Positions 1 through 11,100 of a DNA stretch of 64,000 nucleotides are shown piece by piece. Source of the stretch: Prorocentrum cordatum (taxonomy: Eukaryota); contig CAUYUJ010000225.1 in NCBI GenBank assembly GCA_963575745.1, positions 496,001-560,000 of the forward strand, written 5' to 3'. The notes below the pieces were generated by a model that was not told the origin of the DNA, did no database searches, and saw only the letters and a program-made list of their open reading frames with translations. The position numbers were made by a program, and so were the translations under genes. Positions within the stretch are counted from its first letter, which is position 1, and every line of letters begins with the position of its first letter.

Positions 1-2803
1 CTCCTCGGCGGCGCGCGTGGCTGCAGCGCGCCATCCTGGGCCTCCTGGGCCTCCTGCTCCTGGCCCTTGGCGGCCGCCGCAGCCTGCCACTCGGGGGGGG
101 CGCCGCCCTGCGCGGGCCCCGCGGATGAGCTCCCGCCAGCGGCCAGCGCTGCCCGCGGGCCAGTCAAGATGCCGATCGACGTGAGCCTATGCGCGATATC
201 CTGGTCGGCGCACTCATTCTGCACCTGGAACTCCTGCGGTGGACCAAAAAGAAAGAGAAGGGGAACGGGGGGCGGAAGAGCAGGAGGAGGCGGAGGCGTG
301 GGATGAGGAGGAGGAGGAGTAGGATCGAGGAGGAGGAGGAGGAGGAGGAGAAGTGGGAGGAGGAGGAGAAGGAGGAGGAGGAGGAGGAGGAAGAGGAGGA
401 GGAGGATAGCGCAGCGGCAGCGGCAGAGAAGGGCGAGCAGGAGGACATCGGGCGGAAGGAGGAGGAAGGAGGAGGAGGAGGAGGAGGAGGAGGAGGAGGA
501 GGAATAAGAAGAGGAGGAGACCAGTCCTGCCACCTCTTCTCAAAGCGCTCGCTGTATTTCATTTCGAAGTGCATGAATTTGACCCCTTTGTGGAACATAT
601 CGCGCTGCACGAACGGGTATCCGAGCTCCACGCACTTCAGCGCGTGGATGCTGATGTTCTGCAGCGTTTCCGGATCCGTATGCCCCGAAGGGCCTCCTGT
701 TGGGTGAGCGGGCGGCATCCCCCTCCTCCACCCTCCTCCTCCTCCTCCTCATCCTCCTCCTCCTCCTCCTCCTCCTCCTCCTCCCCCTCCTCCTCCTCCT
801 CCTCCTCCTCCTCCTGTTCCTCATCGCCTCCTCCCCCCTCGCCATCGCCATTGTCACCCTCCATCCCCTCCATCCACTCACCTGTTTATTTAGCTCTTCC
901 CGCGGCCCACCGCCTATCCCCATCCATCTTCCACATCCATGCTCTTCCCCGTCCTGAGCCCCCTCATCCCCTTCCCCCTCCCCCATTGGGCACGTGCCCG
1001 GAAGCGCAGTCCTTCGAGCTCTGCCATCTTCAGGAAGGACACGCACCTGCCATCCTTGAGCCACTCGTCCGAGCGGGAGGTGCTGAAGACCTTCTGGCGA
1101 GCGACAGCGCCCTTGTACTCATTTTTGGCCCACTTGGCCTGTCGATGTCTCATATTCCTCCTCCTCCCCTCCCTCCTCCTCCTCCTCTCCTCATCCACCC
1201 TCCCCAACTCCTCCTCCTCCTCCTCCTCCTCCACGTCCTCCCTCCGCCTCGTCCTGCATCCTCCTCGTCCTCCTCGTCATCCTTGCCCTCCTCCGCATCG
1301 CCATACGTCGGCCCACTCCTCATCCTCTTCCTCCTTCTCCTCCTCCTCCTCCTCTCTCATTCTCCTCCACCCCCCTCCCCTCCTCCTGCACATTCCCGCC
1401 CTTCTCATCGTACCCCCTTTCCCCCGCGTGCCCGCCTTAACCGCATCAGGGTCAGGTGCGGTCGCCAGCTCCTTGCGCAACTTGGCACTCTTGTCGCAGG
1501 CCCTCTTGAACCTCCACCCGACCATGGACCTCGCCTTGAAGATGCCGTTCAGGTTGTCCACGCAGTGGATCAGCTCGGCGTCGCCTGCAGACTGCCGCTT
1601 CTGCTGCCGCTTCTGATCGGGGCGCGCCCCTGTCGGCGTCGTCGGCCCGCTCTGCGGCTCCTTCAAGCCGTGGTGAGCAGGCTTCTCCCCGAGGCGCTGG
1701 GCGATCGCGGCGAAAGCCAGTGCATGGGGCTCCCGCGGCGGCGTGACGTCTGGCGCACGCGGGCCGCGCGCCCTGGGCGTGACGGCGGGCGTGGGCACAT
1801 CGCTCCGCGCACTCTGCTCCTCTAAGGCCTTCTCCCTCTCCTCATTCTCGCGCTGCTCCTTCATCTGCTGTTTCCACTCGTATGCGTGCCCAGCGTCGTC
1901 CAGCGTGGAAACGTCATCAGCTGCCTCTGAGTGGCTCTCGTCATCAGCTGCCTCGGGGTGGCTCTTCGTATTGTCATCAGCTGCCTCGGGGTGGCTCTTC
2001 GTCTTGTCATCAGCTGCCTCGGGGGGGCTCTTCGCCTTCGACTTCGTCTTGTTCTTCTTGCGCACGCCCTTCATGCGAGCGCCTGCTCTGCCCTTGGCCG
2101 CACCTGCACGCCTCCTCCTCTTCTTCCTTGCCGCCCCGGCCCCCTCGATCGTCGCGGGGATCGCCTCGGCCTCGGCCCCCTCGGTCGCAGCGGGGGCGCC
2201 CGCGCTCGCCGCGGTCTCAACCGAGCTCCCCGGAAGCGGCGCCTCGGCCCCCTCGGTCGCCGCGGGGGCGCCCACGCTCGCCGCGGTCTCAGCCGAGCTC
2301 CCCGGAAGCGGCGGCGCGGCCTCAGCTGAGCTCACCGGAAGCGGCGGCGTGGCCTCAGCCGAGCTCACCAGAAGCGGCTGCACGCCCTCGACCAAGCCAC
2401 CTGGCGGCGCGCCTGCAGGCGCCTCTGTGGCCAAGGAGCCGCTCTCCAAGATGGTCCCCGCGGGCTCGGCCTGCACCTGCGCGCCCTGGGTCGCATGGTT
2501 CTGGGGCTCTGCGAGCGTGGCCGTCTCGACGTCATCCTGATCCGCCTCGGGATCCTTCTGAGCCCCCTCGTCAACGATGCCGCCGCCCAAGCCCTCCGCG
2601 TGGGGCCCCATCAGAGCGTCCGCCAAGTCGTCGGGCGAGTCCTCGATGTGCACGGGCGCCCTCTGCGCTGACGCCAACTGGCTCACGAGGTCACCTCCGA
2701 AGCCGATGCCGTCGTAGGCAGACCCTGTGAGCTGCGAGGCGCCCTCCGCCCACGCGTCGCCGTTCTCCTCGCGACCTTGGGGAGGCTCAATATTCCAAGC
2801 CAT
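1..2803 (-). CDS. Multi-exon hypothetical protein gene A (3' end runs off the window). Exons about 2803-1436, possibly one unresolved micro-exon near 1320-1280, then 1138-1012, 696-527 and 233-<1
   Basis: Non-repetitive coding blocks between (GAG)n/(CTC)n tracts join in frame at AG|GA donors and cag|G acceptors: ...AKWAKNEYKGAVARQKVFSTSRSDEWLKDGRCVSFLKMAELE-GGPSGHTDPETLQNISIHALKCVELGYPFVQRDMFHKGVKFMHFEMKYSERFEKRWQ-EFQVQNECADQDIAHRL... The N-terminal exon is Ala/Pro/Glu-rich with internal repeats (HPEAADD). No family assignment possible. Confidence 0.6.
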
Positions 2804-3544
2804 TTGTTCCCATCCTGCTCAATCCTCCCCTTCCCTCCTCAACCCTCCCCCTATCTTCGCCTCCCGCATCATCTGTGCTCTATTGTATTCGTCGTCCCCC
2901 TTGTCCCCAACCCCTGCTCGAGCCCTCCCGCTCCATTCGCCTCTTTCCTTCCGCCCCCGACCGCCAGGCAGTCTGCTCAGCAGACCGCTCGTCGGCGACG
3001 GGATGCCAGGCCCCGCAAGCCACCCCGCCGCATCCGGAGACGGGCTCGAAGACCTCATGCCTTCCGACCTCCACTCGTCCAGAGCAGCACGGTTGGCGCG
3101 CCTGGGCCTGCGCAGCTCAGGCGGCGGATTCGTCCTGGGAACGAGACAAGGCGACGCCAACACTACCAGGGGGGGACCTCGAGATATCCCCATGCCCCGA
3201 CTCAGGAAAGCATCGTGGACCTCTGGTGTGGCCTCCCTGGTGGTGTTGGTGTCGCTTCCCCCCCTATCGTCCTCGCTCGCGCGTTCGATGTGGCGGGATC
3301 CATCGGCGGCGAAACGCTCCTCGAACGTCGGATCGGTGACAAGGCCGAGTGGTCGCGCGGCATCGCCCAGCCCCGAGATGACCAGTAGTTGACAGCGATC
3401 TTAGATAACGGTGTGAAATGCATACCCGAACTCGCAAGCAAAAATGCTTGGGCAGAGTGGCAGAGGGGAGTCGGACGATGGGCCCTGGGACATGGGGGTT
3501 AGCAGAGTCCTGGGGCGACGACGTTCGGGCGCCCCGGAGGAGGG

Positions 3545-3575
<31 letters not shown>

Positions 3576-3641
3576 CGCGGCGACGGCGACGGCGACGGCG
3601 GCGACGGCGGCGACGGCGACGACGACGACAGCGACGATGAT

Positions 3642-3677
<36 letters not shown>

Positions 3678-4022
3678 TGCGACGACGGCAATATGTCACT
3701 ATTTCTTGGGCGCCGACGTTCGGGCCGCGTCTCTCGCGCGATCGCTCGCTATGAGCGACCGCGTCGCCGAAAAGCCAGACGGCACACGCGCGAGCCCGCC
3801 TCCAGGAGGAAGAGGAGAAGGAAGAGGGGAAAGGGAGGAAGAGGAGGAACGGGGGGAGGAGGAGAAGGAGGAGAAGGAGGAGGAGGAGGAGGAAGAGGAG
3901 GAGGAAAAAAAGGAGGAAGAGAGAGACTCCACATCTTCTCCCTCCTCCACCTTCACCGTCTCTCTTCCCGCCCCGTTCGCAGCCCTCCTCCTCATCCTCC
4001 TCATCCTCCCCTGCCTCCACCT

Positions 4023-4769
4023 TTAGCTCGGCGACGCTGGCTCCCCCCTCAACCTGTCGAGGAGCGACGGCGGCGGGGGCTCGATCTGCTCGACTGGAGT
4101 CGAAGGTGACGTAGGTTTTGCCGTCGGTGGCGCCGAGGGGGTCGATGCCGCGGGAGTTGCCGCCGCAGCTGGTGCCAGCGATGCCGTGGGAGTTGCCGTC
4201 GCCGCCACCTGGGGTTTCAAAAGCTGCATGGCTGAAACATCGCTGACGCATCGCTGATGCATCGCTGACGCGTCGCTGACGCATCGCCGAGACATCGCCG
4301 ACGCACAGCTCGCGCATTGCCGATGCATAGCTGCGAAATCGATCGCCCCTGTGCCCGACGGCCCCCGGACACGACACCCCTGGGCCCGAAAACCAAGAGG
4401 ATCGATTTCGGTTTGACGGTCCCCGGACCCGACGGCCCGATTCTCGACCCGACGACCTCATCGGCTGCCGCAGGCTTCTGGGCGGCGGGCCTTCGCTTGA
4501 TCCTCGTCGGCGCCTCTACCTCCTCTACCTCCTCGGTGGCCGCAGGCCGCTTCATTGCGGGCTTCTTCTGAACCGCTTGATCCTCCTCTTCCTCGTCGAT
4601 CTCTGCCTCTTCCTCCGCGGCCGCCTCTTCCTCCTCGGCCTTCTCCTTCTCCTCCTCGGCCTTCTCCTCCTCGGCCTGCTCCTCCTCGGCCTCCTCCTCC
4701 TCTTCCTCCTCTTCCTCATCTTCCTCATCTTTCTCCTCGTCCTCCTCTTCCTCCTCTGCCTCCTCCTCC

Positions 4770-4801
<32 letters not shown>

Positions 4802-7403
4802 TTCCTCAGTGGCTCTCGTGGCGGCTGGCCTCTTCCTCGCTGGCGGCTCGTCGCCCCCGCCGCTCGCGTCGCCCTCGGCGACGTCGCCGCCCTGAGCTGC
4901 GGCTGGTCTCCGCATCGCAGGCCTCTTCGAAACTGTCGCGCGCTCATCGATCGCGCGCTTCTCCGCCTTCATGGCGTCCAGCGTGACCTCGCGCCTCGCG
5001 TACGATTTCGCCAAGTTGACGAGCCACTTCGAAGCCTCTCGGAGGGAGGTGGAGGAGAGAGTAGGAGGAGAAGGCGACGACGCCACGTCGACGACGACGA
5101 CGACGACGGGAGGCAAGCCTTGCTCTCTTCGAGGTTGCGAAACGAGATCTGTAGTCGCTGGCCGCCGTTCAGCCTCAAGATCAGCCCTGGATTGTTGGCG
5201 TCGAGGAGTTTTTTCTCCACCCTCACCGTCTCGCCGTCCTGTGCGTGGGGGGGCGAGGCGGCGCTCGCTCCTCCTCCGTCTCCTCCTCCTCGCCCGTCCT
5301 TGCCTCTCCCCCTCGTCCTCGTCCTCCTCCTCCTCGTCATCCACGTCCTCGTCCTCCTCCTCGTCCTCCTCGTCCTCTCTCCTGCACTTCTCTCCTCCTC
5401 CGCTGCCTCCACGCCCTCTGCTTCTCCTCCTCCTTCTACCCTGCCTCCGCCGCCTCCTCCACCACCTCCTCCCACTCCTTTCCTTATCCTCATCCTCTCT
5501 ATTATCGTGCCTATGCTGATCATCATCTCAGTCTCATCCTCTCATCCTCTCATCCTCTCATCATCATCCTCTCCTCATCGCCACCTTTTTTATCATCGGA
5601 CGGTCCTGGCACTCGCCACTCCAGAGAATGTTGCCTCCTTTGCCCTTGCCGTTGCCCTTCGTGCCGTTGGAGCCCTTGGCGCCGCCCTTGGCGCCGCCGC
5701 CCTTGCCGCCCCTTCGGAGGAGGAGACTAGGAGAGGAGGTACTAGTAGAAGGAGAGTACGTCGGGGTGGCTCAGAGGACGAGGTGGAGCAGGAGGAGGAG
5801 GAGGAGGAGGAGGAGGAGGAGGACGGGGACGAGGACAAGGACGAGGACGAGGACGAGGGCAAGGAGAGGGGCACCTAGGAAGGAGGAGGAGGAGGTAGGA
5901 GGAGGAGAGGGCGGAGGAGGGGAAGGAGGAGGATGGGGAAGAGAGGAAGAAGGAGGAGGGGAGAGAACAGGAGGAGGGAGGGGGGGAGGATGCGTGAGGA
6001 GTTGGAGCAGAAACCTTGCTTTGTACTGCATAACGGTCAGCGTCTTCAGCTGTATCACCGCGCCGTCGCTGGCGAAGCGCGCGAGCATATAGTCTGACTC
6101 TGTCGCGTCGGGGGGCTCGTAGATATCCGAGGTCGTCTCTGGCACCTTCTCACCGCGTTTCCTCCTGGGGTAACCGAAAAGTCAAACATCACCGACCGTT
6201 GGCGGGGCAGTAGACGGGCGATGCATCGGCGATGCGCCAGCGATGCGTCGGCGATGCGTCATCCACGCGTCAGCGATGCGTCGGCAATGCGTCAGCGATG
6301 CGTCAGCGATGCGTCAGCGATGCGTCAGCGCGACGCGTCGGCGATTCGGGCGACGATCGAGCGATGGTTTAGCGACCGATCGGTTCTGACGTGTCCTGTA
6401 TGCCGTGCCGCTGATCGAGTCCCAGCCCTGCTCATCATGCGCGTCCGCGCCCGAACTCGACGGCACTTGTGCGTCCCGGAAGCGTTGTAGCCAGCCGCAT
6501 CGCACATGATGATGTTTCTCTCTGCGTATAGGGTCGTACAAATGCCTGCGGAAAGGTTGGGATGAGAGGGGGATCCCCAGGAGGAAGCGGAAGAGAAGGA
6601 GGAGGATTATGAGGGGGGTGCGGGAGGCAGACGAGGACGGCGAGAAGGCCGAGGAGGGCGAGGACAGCGAGGAGGGCAAGGGAAAGGGATTGGGGGAAGG
6701 GTCAGAGCGAAGGAAACGGTGAAAGTAGGGAGCGAGGAGGCGGCTGGGGGAATGAGGAACGAGGAGGATAAGGACGAGAAGGAGAAGGAGGAGGAGGAGG
6801 AGAGCGTAGAAAAGGGAGAGGAAGAGGAGGAGGTGGAGGAGGCAGAAGGGCGCGCGGGCCTGAGCATCGACGAGAGCATCTTGCCGCGGTCACTGGCCCA
6901 CTTCTCGGCGCATGTGTCGTCGAACCCCCACGACGCTTTCTGGGGGAGGGGGGCATTCAAATGAGATGACTTCCCCTCCTCATCTTCCTCCTCCTCCCCC
7001 TCCTCGAGGAGAGGGGGGGATCCTCCCCCTCCTCCTCCCCCTCTTCCTCCTCCTCCCCCTCCTCCCTCTCCTCCTTCTCCTCCTCACCATCTGCCTCCTT
7101 CTACCTCCCTCCTCTCCCCTCCATTTGTTGTCCGCGTCGCTCCTTGTCCGCGGCAATGCTCGAGAACGCGCTGATCGCCGCTGACTCCCGGATGGCCATG
7201 TTGGGGGGCAGCTTTTCGATGTCGTGCAGAAACCTAGCCTTTTTGATGAGCTCCTCTTTGGCATTGTCTGTCAACTTGTCGTTGTCTGGGTTTGTCCCGT
7301 ACTGCAAGAATCCAGGGGCGTCGTTCCACTTGGCCAACACGGCCGCGAGCTTCTTCACGTCTTCATCCGTCGCCCCGAACGTGGCCCTCCTGGCCTCAGG
7401 CAT
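4023..7403 (-). CDS. 8-exon hypothetical protein gene B (about 543 aa). Exons 7403-7143, 6939-6860, 6545-6396, 6164-6015, 5711-5606, 5238-5119, 5035-4457, 4208-4023
   Basis: All seven introns fit in phase, with AG|GA/GC/GT donors and ag| acceptors. Protein: MPEARRATFG...AADK-KASWGFDDTCAEKWASDRGKMLSSMLR-HLYDP...GWDSISGTAYR-RKRGEKVPETTSDIYEPPDATESDYMLARFASDG...KAR-GGKGG...LWSGECQ-DGETVRVEKK...ESK-ASKWLVNLAKSY...(KRPAA repeats, poly-E)...DE-VAAT...IEPPPPSLLDRLRGEPASPS*. The exact end of exon 1 is uncertain. Confidence 0.7.
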
Positions 7404-7439
7404 AAATGCCGCCGTCGATCGACGGCCGCGCCGCAAACG

Positions 7440-7712
7440 GCCTGAGCCGCGGCGGCTGCGGGCGCCAGCCAACCAACGACCAACCGACCAACCAGCCAAC
7501 GCCGCCAACCGAGCAACCCGCCAACCAATCAATCCACAACGACGGCGCCAATCAAGTAACCAGCCAAAGCCGCCAACCAAGCAACCAACCAACCAAGCAA
7601 CTAACCGACAGCAGCCGCCAAGCATCCAACCAGCCAAACACCGCCAACCAAGCAACCAGCCAACACCGCCGACCAAGCAACCAGCCAACCAACCAATCAG
7701 TCGACTCCAACC
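7440..7712. repeat. Degenerate (CCAA/CAAC)n tetranucleotide-like repeat
   Basis: Recurring caaccaa/gccaacc units. Confidence 0.8.
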
Positions 7713-7722
7713 ACACGCGGCC

Positions 7723-7788
7723 TACGTAACCTAAAGTTGCTCTGGACGATGGCTGCAGCCATCGTCCAGAGCAACATTGGGTTACGTA
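7723..7788. other. 66-bp near-perfect palindrome with a 40-bp perfect, loopless core (7736-7775)
   Basis: tacgtaacc-taaa-gttgctctggacgatggctg|cagccatcgtccagagcaac-attg-ggttacgta; 2 mismatched pairs. Confidence 0.95.
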
Positions 7789-7799
7789 AACTTATTCAA

Positions 7800-8002
7800 T
7801 TAATGTATGTGCATATGTAACATGTGTATATGTATAAACGCACATGTATATATATATAGATGTATATATACATATATATACATATATGTATATATATACA
7901 TATGTATACATATTATATGATATAGCCATGCATATGTGAGTGTGTACATATGCAAACATACATATGTATATGTATATATATATATGTATGTATACATATA
8001 TA
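7800..8002. repeat. Degenerate (TA)n/(TATG)n microsatellite
   Basis: Alternating purine-pyrimidine AT-rich tract. Confidence 0.95.
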
Positions 8003-8009
8003 GCCGCGC

Positions 8010-8085
8010 GACGCGCCGGACTAACTCGGGGAGCCCCGGACTAACTTAAGCGCGCCGGACTAACATCAAGCGCGCCGGACTAAGT
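8010..8085 (+). repeat. Four short direct repeats (gcg)ccggactaa
   Basis: ccggactaac x3 and ccggactaag at about 20-22 bp spacing. Confidence 0.85.
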
Positions 8086-8199
8086 TTGCAAACCGAGATC
8101 CCCTGGGATGTTGCCAGCTGATCCTGCCGACTCTGCAATTTCGGCGCTGCCGTCTGCCCGGCGAGGATCGATGGGCCAGTCTGCGCGCGCACCTGGCTG

Positions 8200-11100
8200 C
8201 CGCCGCCGCCGGCCACCGAGCCGGACTCCCCCCGCGCGCGCAGCCTCAGTCGCGCGAGCTGGCGCTGCGCGGCTGCCCGCGCCCAAATAGCTTTCCCTTG
8301 CAAAATGCACTTCCCAAGCCACGGTAGCTGACGTCGACGCCGGCGAAGTCCCGGGGAACGCGCGCCCCGGGCCGCGCGAGCTGCGCGGCGAAAGTGATGT
8401 AGGACCAAGTCCTGCTGCTCCGCTCGCCCCCTGGGAACGCGCGCCCTGGGCCGCGCGAGCTGTCGACGACGTGCCTGATGATGCCGCGCCGCTCGCAGCG
8501 GCCCTGCTCGCCCCTGGGGAGCGCGCGCCCCAGACAAAGCGAGCTGTCGCCGACGCGCGCGACGCCGCCTTGCAGCCTGAAGCGGCCCCGCTCCCTCCCA
8601 GGGAATGCCCGCCGCAAGCCACTCGAGCTGGCGACGGCGACGCTGCTCCGGCAGACGACGCTGCATTCCAGTTTCCGGGCGAACTCGGGCCCCTCGATCG
8701 CGTCGATGAGCGCCGCGGGGCCCGGGGCGCGCTCGAGTGCTCTAGGCGATCGGGGCCGCGAAGGCCTGCGCCTCCCGCGCCGCCGCCGCTGTCGAAGCGC
8801 GCGCTCGCCTCGGCCACTCCGGCGCCGACCTCGGCGGTGGCCCGGCGATGGCGCCGGCGGCGCCGGCGTCTGGCGCCCTCTCGCCGTAGCTCGCCGAGCC
8901 GCGCTGGAGCCTGCTGCCGCGGCTCGCTCGCCTCGCCCCGCGGGCGCTGATCCCGCGACGCGCGTGCAGCTGGCGGCGCGGGTCGACGGCGTCCTCGCGC
9001 AACGGCTCGCTGCTCGGCTCGCGCATTTGCGCCGCTGGAGCTGTTCCCCGCGCCGTAGCAAACGGCGCCGTACTCCAGCTTCCAGCCGAACTCGGGCTCG
9101 TTGTCGACGAGCGCCCCCAGGCCTGGGATGCGCTCGAAATTGGGCCCCCAATGCCCGCGCGCCCCACCCGTGAGCACGTTCGGACCGCCCGTCGCGCGCT
9201 CTCGGCGATCGGGGCCGCGAAGGCCCGCGCCTCTGGCGCCGCCGCGACGGCGCTGTGAAAGTGCGCATTCGTCTAGCCTCGCTGGCGCTAATCTCGGCGA
9301 TGGAACTGGCGGCGCTGGTCTCTGGCGCCCTCTCGCCGCGGCTCGCTGAGCCGCGCTGGAGCCCGTTGCTGCGACTCGCCCGTCTCGCCCCGCGGGCGCT
9401 GATCCCGCGATGTCGCTGGCGACGCAAGCCGACAGCATTCGCGCAAAGGCTCGCTGAGCCGCGTCGGGGCCCCCTGCCCCGGCGCGCGCACCTCGCGCCG
9501 TAGCCCCCCGCGCCGTGGCTGACGACGTCGTGCCCCCACTGCTTCTTGCAATGGCTCGTCGCGCAGCGCCGGGGCCCGCGGCCGCGGCTCGCCTGCTCCG
9601 CATCGCACGCGTTGGTCCCCGCAGTGTAGCTGATGGCGCTGGTCTCCTGCCCCCTCTCGCAGCGGCCTTATCGGCGGCGCTGGGGCCTTCCGCCGTTGCT
9701 CGTCTGCATCGCATCGCCGGCGCTGGCCCCGGCGCTGCAGCGATGACCCTGATCGGCAGCCTCCTTTCGCCGGAGCTCGCTGAGCAGCTTGCCGCGCGGC
9801 GCGGCTGCCGGCGGCTGCGGCTCGCCCAGAAGGCGGTGGCCAGGCAGTCCGGCGACTGCGCGGATCTCGTCGCCGACGCAATTCTGGGCGTTGCCCCCGT
9901 GCGCCTGGAAACGGACGGGGCGCCTGTACCTGGGGCGCCTGCCGTTCGCGCGGACGGGGGCACCGGCCGCCCGCGCGCTCTCCGGGCGCCGCCGGCGCAG
10001 GCCATCGAGCGGGCCTCCCGCGCAGTCCGCGGCGCGGGGGCGCGGACGTCGCTGAGCAGCGCCGGGGCCTGCTACCGCGGTTCGTCCGTCTCGCCTCCTG
10101 GCGCGGGCCGCCCGACGCGCTTTGGCTGGCCCGAGCCGCCCGTCGCGCCTGGGCGGGCCAGCCCTTGGCGCGAGCCCATCGTCGCGCCCGGGCGGGCCCG
10201 CCGCCGGCCGCCGCCAGCGCGACCCGCGCGCTGCGCCCGGGCGGGGCCGCTTCAAGCGCCACCGGGAGCCGCTCGCCACACCTGCGGGGCCGCGTGCGGG
10301 CGCCAATTCCAGCGGGGCCGCCGATGACGACGGTCTCTGGCTTCCTCTTTCGCAGCTCGCGGAGCGGTGCTGGAGCCCGCCGCCGCGGCTCGCCCCGGCG
10401 GCGCTGGCCGCGGCGTTGTAGCTGATAAAACTGGTCTCCTGTTTCCACTCGCAGCAGCCGGGGCCAGCTGCCGCGGCTCGCCCGCATCGCTTCGCAGGCG
10501 CTGGCCCTAGCCTTGGCAGGTGGCGCCAGTCTCCAGCATCCACTCGTGGCAACTCGCTGAGAAGCGCCAGAGCCCGCCGCCCCTGCGCGCGCGCCTCGCA
10601 CCGCGGGCGCTGATCCCAGCGTCGCAGCCGCTGCCGCTGGCCTCCGTCTTCCCTCGCAGCGGCCCGCGGCGCCGCGCCAGGGGATGCTGCCGCGCCCGCC
10701 CCCGCGCGCGCTGAGCCCAGCGCTGTAGCTGGCGAAGCTGGTCTCCAACTCCTCGCGTAGAAATTCGCCAGGCAGCCCCAGGGCCCGCCGCCCCGGCTCG
10801 CTCGCCTCGCATCACGGGCGCCGCCCCCCGCGCCGTCGCCGATGTAGACTCCGAGTTCTTCGAGCCGCAGCTCGCCGCGCAGCGCCCGAGCCTGCGGCCG
10901 CGGCTCGCCGGTCTCGCTTCGAGGGCGTTGATCCCCGCGCTGTAGCTGATCGCGCTGGTCTTCAGCTCCTCTCGTCGCAGCTTGCTGGGCAGCGTCGGCG
11001 CCTGCTGCCGCTGCTCGCCCGTCTCGCATCGACGGGCGCTGGTCCCGGCGTCGAAAGTGATGGCGCTGGACCTCAGCGTCCTCTCGCCGCAGCTGCCGTC

